11,101 nucleotides of DNA from Candidatus Enterousia sp. (GTDB lineage: Bacteria; Pseudomonadota; Alphaproteobacteria; Rs-D84). Shown one piece after another: positions 6,417-11,101 of this stretch. Location of the stretch: positions 1-11,101 of the forward strand of contig JAZLBQ010000002.1 of the NCBI GenBank assembly GCA_045613785.1, given 5' to 3'. How positions within the stretch are numbered: position 1 is the first letter of the stretch; every line of letters starts with the position of its first letter. The position numbers and the translations under genes are program-made. Below the pieces are notes generated by a model. The model saw only the letters and a program-made list of their open reading frames with translations. It was not told where the DNA came from and did not search any database.

Positions 6417-6841
6417 CAGACACAAAATTTTTATTAGAAAAAAATGTCCGCAATAACATTATTTTATTGTCGGCAAAGAGCGGTATTACACTTTTTAACA
6501 ACCCAGTAGGCACAGCATGGGCAGGAAAGTATAACCCCAGCACACACAGTGTAATTGCCCCACGAGCGGTTAAATATGGGCTTGCAGTAGGGTCATCAGA
6601 TTTGATTGGTATAACACCTGTAAAAATAACGCAAGATATGGTCGGCAAAACCATTGGCGTTTTTACTGGCGTTGAGGTAAAATTAGATAAAAATGGCAAG
6701 TACAAAGAAACAGCGGAACAGAAAAAGTTTGGAAAATTTATTGAAAAAAATGGCGGTTTTTATATACTTGCAGACAGTTATGGCGATATATTAAATTTTT
6801 TTAATTCCAAAGCCTTGACATTTGGAATCGCAGCATTATAA
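6413..6841 (+). CDS. VRR-NUC domain nuclease (phage Holliday-junction/flap endonuclease type)
   Basis: E...NIIL, LFNNPVG, GLAVGSSDLIG, GVEVK and EQKKF...GG motifs of the PD-(D/E)xK VRR-NUC family. Confidence 0.88.
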   Translation: MTDTKFLLEKNVRNNIILLSAKSGITLFNNPVGTAWAGKYNPSTHSVIAPRAVKYGLAVGSSDLIGITPVKITQDMVGKTIGVFTGVEVKLDKNGKYKETAEQKKFGKFIEKNGGFYILADSYGDILNFFNSKALTFGIAAL

Positions 6842-6842
6842 T
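6804..6842 (+). promoter_or_regulatory. Promoter P4 with an operator-like inverted repeat around the -35
   Basis: TTGACA (6815-6820), 16 nt, TATAAT (6837-6842). ATTCCAAA (6804-6811) and TTTGGAAT (6821-6828) form a perfect 8-bp inverted repeat. Confidence 0.75.
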
Positions 6843-6878
6843 TATAATAAAGAAATAACGAAAAGAAGGATTTTTGTA

Positions 6879-7784
6879 ATGGTAGTCATAAACCCTTTCA
6901 AAAGTGCTAGTAGCATGAAGGCGAAAACCCCGATTATTGTTAGTCTGGTCGGGGAATCGTCTTGCGGTAAAACCTATTCCGCATTAAGACTTGCAACAGG
7001 CTTAACAAATAACCCAAAAGAAATTTTTTTAATTGATACTGAAAATCGTGGGGCTATGTACGCAGATATTTTTGGCGATTATCAAGTCGCTAACGTTTCC
7101 GAGTACGCAGTAGCGGTTGGCAGACCCACGCACAGACCACAGAATTACATTGAATTGATTGACATTGCTAAAAAAAATGGGGCAAAAGTGTTAATCATTG
7201 ATTCGTTGTCTGACCCATGGGCTGGCGATGGCGGTTGCGTTTCATGGGCAGCGGCATTAAAAGAAAAATACGAAAGCACACACAATGGCAGACAGGCTGG
7301 AATATCGGTATGGGCATTGCCAAAAGCCTCGTATTCCGAAATGATGAATAAAATATGTAATTCATCAATGAATATTATTTTTACTTTCCGCACCAAAGAA
7401 ATAGTTGATGTTCAAAAAAACGAATACGGTAAAGCGGTGGTTAAGGAAGAAAAGAAAATTGAAATTGTACGTGAATCGGGCAATAAATATAACATTACTT
7501 GGGAATTACACCTTGACGGCACCACAAAAAAGATTGCGAAAATCGGCAAGACGTTTGACGGTGGCGATTGGATATTCAAAAGTGGCGAATTGCTTACAGA
7601 AGAACACGCAAAACGCATGTTAGAGTGGCAAAACGCAACAAAAGAATCGGTTATAAGTGCTGGCAGACAGGCGAAAGACCGAAAGGCTTGGTTTGAATCA
7701 TTAAACCCTGCCGAAAAACGGTTAGCAACACAATTTGCTGACGAAATCAAACAAGAACAAACAATAACAGAAGAGAATTTATAA
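6879..7784 (+). CDS. sak4: Sak4-like / AAA_24 RecA-fold ATPase (ssDNA-annealing recombinase)
   Basis: Walker A GESSCGKTYSAL, LIDTENRG, Walker B LIIDSLS..W...GG. Lies next to an SSB-like gene and an exonuclease. Start moved to ATG 6879, after AAGGA. Confidence 0.8.
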   Translation: MVVINPFKSASSMKAKTPIIVSLVGESSCGKTYSALRLATGLTNNPKEIFLIDTENRGAMYADIFGDYQVANVSEYAVAVGRPTHRPQNYIELIDIAKKNGAKVLIIDSLSDPWAGDGGCVSWAAALKEKYESTHNGRQAGISVWALPKASYSEMMNKICNSSMNIIFTFRTKEIVDVQKNEYGKAVVKEEKKIEIVRESGNKYNITWELHLDGTTKKIAKIGKTFDGGDWIFKSGELLTEEHAKRMLEWQNATKESVISAGRQAKDRKAWFESLNPAEKRLATQFADEIKQEQTITEENL

Positions 7785-8125
7785 TGGACGAAAAGAAAAC
7801 ACCAATTATAAAAATTCGTGGCGATGGCGGTTTTTCTGTGGCGGTATTTGCTGACATGAAAAAACGCAGTGACGAAACCGAATATGTTAGTTATTCAGCA
7901 GTGTTGCAAAAATCATGGAAAGATAAGAACGACCAGTGGCAACAACAGTCTGTATCAATGTTTGATAATAACTTGCCAAACGTGGCATTGTTATTGCAAA
8001 AAGTAGCGAGTGCAATTATGGACTTGCGAAACAACACACAACCGCCTGCAACACAACAGCAACCAGCGGTTGAAAAAACTAACGCACAAGCAATCGATGA
8101 ATTATCAGATTCTGTGCCATTTTAA
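7784..8125 (+). CDS. ssb: Probable single-stranded DNA-binding protein
   Basis: Beta-rich core with KSWKDKNDQWQ, a Q/P-rich linker and an acidic tail ending DELSDSVPF. Directly follows the Sak4-like gene. Confidence 0.7.
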   Translation: MDEKKTPIIKIRGDGGFSVAVFADMKKRSDETEYVSYSAVLQKSWKDKNDQWQQQSVSMFDNNLPNVALLLQKVASAIMDLRNNTQPPATQQQPAVEKTNAQAIDELSDSVPF

Positions 8126-8143
8126 GAACAAAAGGAACTAAAA

Positions 8144-8680
8144 ATGTCAAAAAACATACACGAAATTACTATAACAGCAGAAGAAAAAGTTAAAGAATAT
8201 GACTGTGGAAAGTGTGTCGGGTACGATTGCCATACAACATACAAAGGCAAAAGCAAAGACGGCATCACACCACCGATGGCAACGGCACTGATTGGCGATT
8301 TATTGGCGATTCAAGATTTGGAACCAGAAGATATTGACGAAATCTTGACTCTTATAATGAAAAAAATCTTGCCAAACGCAACATGTTTGTCAACAAAAGG
8401 CAAATCATTAGATGAATCAATGGAAGAATCTATTGAAATCCATAAGAAAAAGGGTAAAAAGTCTGCGAAAGATACGTTTATGGAACTTATGGAAGATGAA
8501 CGTTGGCGTGATTTGTTGTTTGATAGAACAGCCTTGAAACAAGACAAATTAGGCAAGAAAATATGTGCATGGATGGTCACTGCATTGAAAGACATTGAAG
8601 ATTTGGGCGGTAAAGTACAGAAGAAAAATTTGGAAAAAGTACTGTTCGAAGATGTCTTGGTAGAAGAAGATGACGAATAA
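8144..8680 (+). CDS. Hypothetical charged protein (178 aa)
   Basis: AAAGGAA RBS; acidic C-terminus; no recognised domain. Confidence 0.85.
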   Translation: MSKNIHEITITAEEKVKEYDCGKCVGYDCHTTYKGKSKDGITPPMATALIGDLLAIQDLEPEDIDEILTLIMKKILPNATCLSTKGKSLDESMEESIEIHKKKGKKSAKDTFMELMEDERWRDLLFDRTALKQDKLGKKICAWMVTALKDIEDLGGKVQKKNLEKVLFEDVLVEEDDE

Positions 8681-8692
8681 TAAGGTTATACA

Positions 8693-8830
8693 ATGACACG
8701 AAATCAGATAAGGAAAAGAATCGCAGAGATTGAACAGTTTATATTAGTAAACCCAGAACAAGCAAAAATACTTGGGTTTAATGAACTGTTAAAACAGTTG
8801 CGAAAAGACCTTGAAGATTGTAAAAGATGA
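8693..8830 (+). CDS. Small helical-hairpin protein (45 aa), not in the ORF track
   Basis: TAAGG RBS, then MTRNQIRKRIAEIEQFILVNPEQAKILGFNELLKQLRKDLEDCKR*. Fills the gap in the operon and has an amphipathic pattern. Confidence 0.7.
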   Translation: MTRNQIRKRIAEIEQFILVNPEQAKILGFNELLKQLRKDLEDCKR

Positions 8831-8839
8831 GTGTATAAT
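8811..8839 (+). promoter_or_regulatory. Promoter P5 driving the structured RNA
   Basis: TTGAAG (8811-8816), 17 nt, TATAAT (8834-8839). Expected start is about 8845-8847. Confidence 0.75.
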
Positions 8840-8845
8840 CAAACA

Positions 8846-9119
8846 GTTTGGTGGAATCTCTATGGGCCTTCTTTCTCTCCATTCCTTCCGTCCTTTAAGA
8901 TTCCACCACCAAGTTCGGGCATGTGACCTCCTTTAAAGGGCTAAGTAGTGTATATTGGCTCTCAGAAAACTGTGTTATGCTGGTTTTGTTATTTCCAGTC
9001 AAAACATGTCGTCACGCATACAGCCCAGCTACCGTATCACGCTAGTCAAAAGCATGTAATAACACAGAAATATACACCATGTGGGGAACAAGACCTCAAG
9101 TTGTTGCCCCACATTTTTT
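8846..9119 (+). ncRNA. Unrecognised structured RNA (sRNA or regulatory leader) with anti-SD motifs
   Basis: ~300-nt gap with no credible ORF in an otherwise tightly packed operon. Has its own promoter and terminator. Stems: 8849-8859/8898-8908 (11 bp, perfect), 8948-8956/9069-9077, 8970-8978/9059-9067. CU-rich loops. Confidence 0.7.
9079..9119 (+). terminator. Intrinsic terminator closing the structured RNA, just upstream of the exonuclease RBS
   Basis: ATGTGGGGAACAA-GACCTCAAG-TTGTT(G)CCCCACAT followed by a T-run. Confidence 0.8.
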
Positions 9120-9139
9120 AAAACGAAAGGAACTAAGAC

Positions 9140-9985
9140 ATGAACTTATACAGAAATATATCAATCGCTGATTATCACAGCGAAAAAACAATCCCATCTC
9201 GCTCAGCATTAGTACAGGCATTGAAATCGCCTGCACACTTAAACATGTACCTAAACGGCACACACAAAGTCAACGACAGTATGAAGTTAGGCACTTTTAT
9301 TCATGACTTCATTGAAAATGGCATTAAAATATCGGCAGATTGGACAACAAAACAAGAATTATATCAACGTGCCACAAACGGCAGACCAGCAGGCAGCCCA
9401 AAACTTGATGACGAGGGCAACCCGCTTTTTTCTTATGTAAATACAGTCGATGAAAGTCTTGCACTTACACCTGCAAAGTCTGTACTAGCGGTGTCGATGA
9501 TGAAAGCTATTGAAAACGACATGTTTATTGTGTCGGCTATGGACTTAGATGACTTGGTTATTGAACCGACATTTGTTGGGGAAATCAACGGCATGAAAGT
9601 AAAAGCAAGACCAGACTTGGCGTTTACAAACAACGATTCATTGATTGAAATTAAAACAACCTCATCGCTAGACCCAGCCGACATTGGTCGTGAATTTTTT
9701 GAATACGGTTATGACATGCAGGCGTATTTAGAACTAGAACTTAGCGGTGCAGATAGGGTTTATTTTTATTTTGTATCATCAGAAACACCGTCAGGCACAG
9801 CAAGATTTTGTGTCGACAGGGAATCACAGTGGTACAAATTGGGTAAATTTAGAACTGAAAAAGCATTAGAATTGTATTATAAACACAAAGATTCGGTTGC
9901 CGAATCTTATACGCAAGCGGATATTGAGGTGCCGTTGTGCTACAAAGCTGCGAATTACATGGCTGAGAACGGCATAGAGGCTTAA
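9140..9985 (+). CDS. RecE/exodeoxyribonuclease VIII-like PD-(D/E)xK exonuclease (DUF3799 type)
   Basis: YH...SRSAL...KSPAH, MKLGTFIH, IEPTF, KARPD, IEIKT and YGYDMQA motifs; AAAGGAA RBS. Confidence 0.88.
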   Translation: MNLYRNISIADYHSEKTIPSRSALVQALKSPAHLNMYLNGTHKVNDSMKLGTFIHDFIENGIKISADWTTKQELYQRATNGRPAGSPKLDDEGNPLFSYVNTVDESLALTPAKSVLAVSMMKAIENDMFIVSAMDLDDLVIEPTFVGEINGMKVKARPDLAFTNNDSLIEIKTTSSLDPADIGREFFEYGYDMQAYLELELSGADRVYFYFVSSETPSGTARFCVDRESQWYKLGKFRTEKALELYYKHKDSVAESYTQADIEVPLCYKAANYMAENGIEA

Positions 9986-9986
9986 A

Positions 9987-11101
9987 ATGTATGTCTTGCG
10001 TGATTATCAAGAAAAAGCAGTAAAAGACACAAGACAAAGTTTCTGCGATGGTTATTCTGCCCCTTGTTTGGTATTATCCACAGGGGCAGGAAAGACTGTT
10101 TGTGCAGGACAGATTGTCCATGACGCATTTCATAAAGGAAAGCGTGTTGTTTTTGTCGTACACCGCCAAGAATTAGCAAAACAAACAGCAAAAACATTCC
10201 GAGGTTATGGTATTGAACCAGCGTTTATTATGGCGAACGTCAAGCCCGATACAGACAATCCGGTACAGATTGCCACAATAGGCACGTTGCGTAATCGTCT
10301 TGATAAATACCAAGAACCAGACCTTATTATTTATGATGAAAGCCAACACTGCATGGCGAACCAATGGCTTACCATCAAAAAAACATGGAACAAAGCAAAA
10401 ATAATTGGTTTAACAGCAACGCCATGTCGATTAGACGGCAAGCCACTACGTGAATTTTTTGATAAACTTGTTATAGGTCCATCTACCGCAGATTTAATAA
10501 AGGCTGGTGCATTAACGCCATACGATTATTATGCACCGAGTGTTATTGATACAACAGGCATGAAGCATAACAAGACAGATTTTACTGCCGATGCCCTTTC
10601 TTTTTTTTCACAGAAAAGGGAAATAATTGGCGACAATATAAAACAATATCAGCAACTGGCGAATGGCAAACGAAATATTGTGTTTGCCTGCAATGTAAAA
10701 CACAGTATGGAAATCGTCAAACGCTACCAAGATGCGGGAATACCCGCTGCACACCTCGATGGTGAAACCCCTGCCGCTGAACGTGAGGATATTCTTTCAC
10801 GTTTTGCAACCGGTGAAATAAAAGTTTTATCAAACGTAGAACTTTTTGGCGAAGGGTTTGACCTGCCTGCTATTGAGGTTGTGTCCTTGCTACGTCCGAC
10901 CTTATCGACCTCACTGTATCTACAACAGGTCGGACGGGCATTAAGACCTTGCCCAGAATTAGGCAAAGAACGTGCGATAATATTAGACCATGTCGGCAAT
11001 TATGAACGGCATGGCATGCCGGACGATGAACGAGAATGGTCGTTAAAAGGCGGTCTTGTTAAAAAAACGTCATCAAGACAAACAGAATCAACAGTAAGGG
11101 T
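9987..11101 (+). CDS. Superfamily 2 DExD/H helicase (RadD/YejH/IRC3-like), truncated by the window end
   Basis: Manual translation from ATG 9987: MYVLRDYQ..., LSTGAGKT, VHRQELAKQ, IYDESQH, GLTATP.RLDG, EGFDLP, LRPTLS.SLYLQQVGRALR, ILDHVGN..RHG.PD. Not in the ORF track. Confidence 0.95.
   Translation, partial: MYVLRDYQEKAVKDTRQSFCDGYSAPCLVLSTGAGKTVCAGQIVHDAFHKGKRVVFVVHRQELAKQTAKTFRGYGIEPAFIMANVKPDTDNPVQIATIGTLRNRLDKYQEPDLIIYDESQHCMANQWLTIKKTWNKAKIIGLTATPCRLDGKPLREFFDKLVIGPSTADLIKAGALTPYDYYAPSVIDTTGMKHNKTDFTADALSFFSQKREIIGDNIKQYQQLANGKRNIVFACNVKHSMEIVKRYQDAGIPAAHLDGETPAAEREDILSRFATGEIKVLSNVELFGEGFDLPAIEVVSLLRPTLSTSLYLQQVGRALRPCPELGKERAIILDHVGNYERHGMPDDEREWSLKGGLVKKTSSRQTESTVR

Noticed and set aside
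3001-6878. ORF-track starts at 3001, 4348 and 6822
   Set aside because: In-frame ATGs at 3016, 4384 and 6879 have correctly spaced SD motifs, while the longer starts overlap the RBS, hairpin or promoter.
8862-8936. 24-codon ORF (MGLLSLHSFRPLRFHHQVRACDLL) as a leader peptide
   Set aside because: No RBS, and the start codon is enclosed by the 11-bp hairpin.
8846-8960. tRNA, tmRNA (including the two-piece permuted form) or a 16S rRNA 3' fragment
   Set aside because: There is an acceptor-like stem, CCA and ACCTCCTTT, but no T-arm (GTTCRA in a 5-bp stem), D or anticodon arm, G3-U70 pair or helix-45 sequence.
10330-10352. Helicase motif II reads DESQH instead of DEAHH, as a sign of inactivity
   Set aside because: The catalytic DE and the other SF2 motifs are intact; this degree of variation is not evidence of loss of function.
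937-10999. Remaining minus-strand ORFs right of 900 and the nested plus-strand ORF 7405-7623
   Set aside because: They are shadows of well-supported plus-strand genes, with no RBS or recognisable motifs.

Overview
Fragment of a tailed dsDNA phage genome that spans the divergence point between the packaging and early/replication arms. On the minus strand at the left are the first 41 codons of a P22-type terminase large subunit (missed by the ORF track) and a probable terminase small subunit behind a sigma70 promoter with a leaderless geometry. A G/C-run element at ~797-869 is the likely packaging site or genome terminus. To its right, on the plus strand, are early cassettes (promoter, 5' hairpin, shared AAAGGAC leader, small gene), an origin-like non-coding block (1540-1910), NUMOD1 proteins, a MoxR AAA / unknown / VWA trio, two small membrane proteins, and a recombination-replication module (VRR-NUC, Sak4-like ATPase, SSB-like protein, RecE/ExoVIII-like nuclease, SF2 helicase cut by the window end). 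Two signals stand out. First, an unannotated ~270-nt structured RNA at 8846-9119 has its own promoter and terminator, a CCA-ended minihelix and several anti-Shine-Dalgarno motifs that complement this phage's own early RBSs. Second, restriction-like words (GAAG/CTTC, TCGA, AGCT, CCGG) disappear abruptly around the putative terminus and return in steps over 6-9 kb. All calls come from reading motifs by eye; no searches or folding programs were run.
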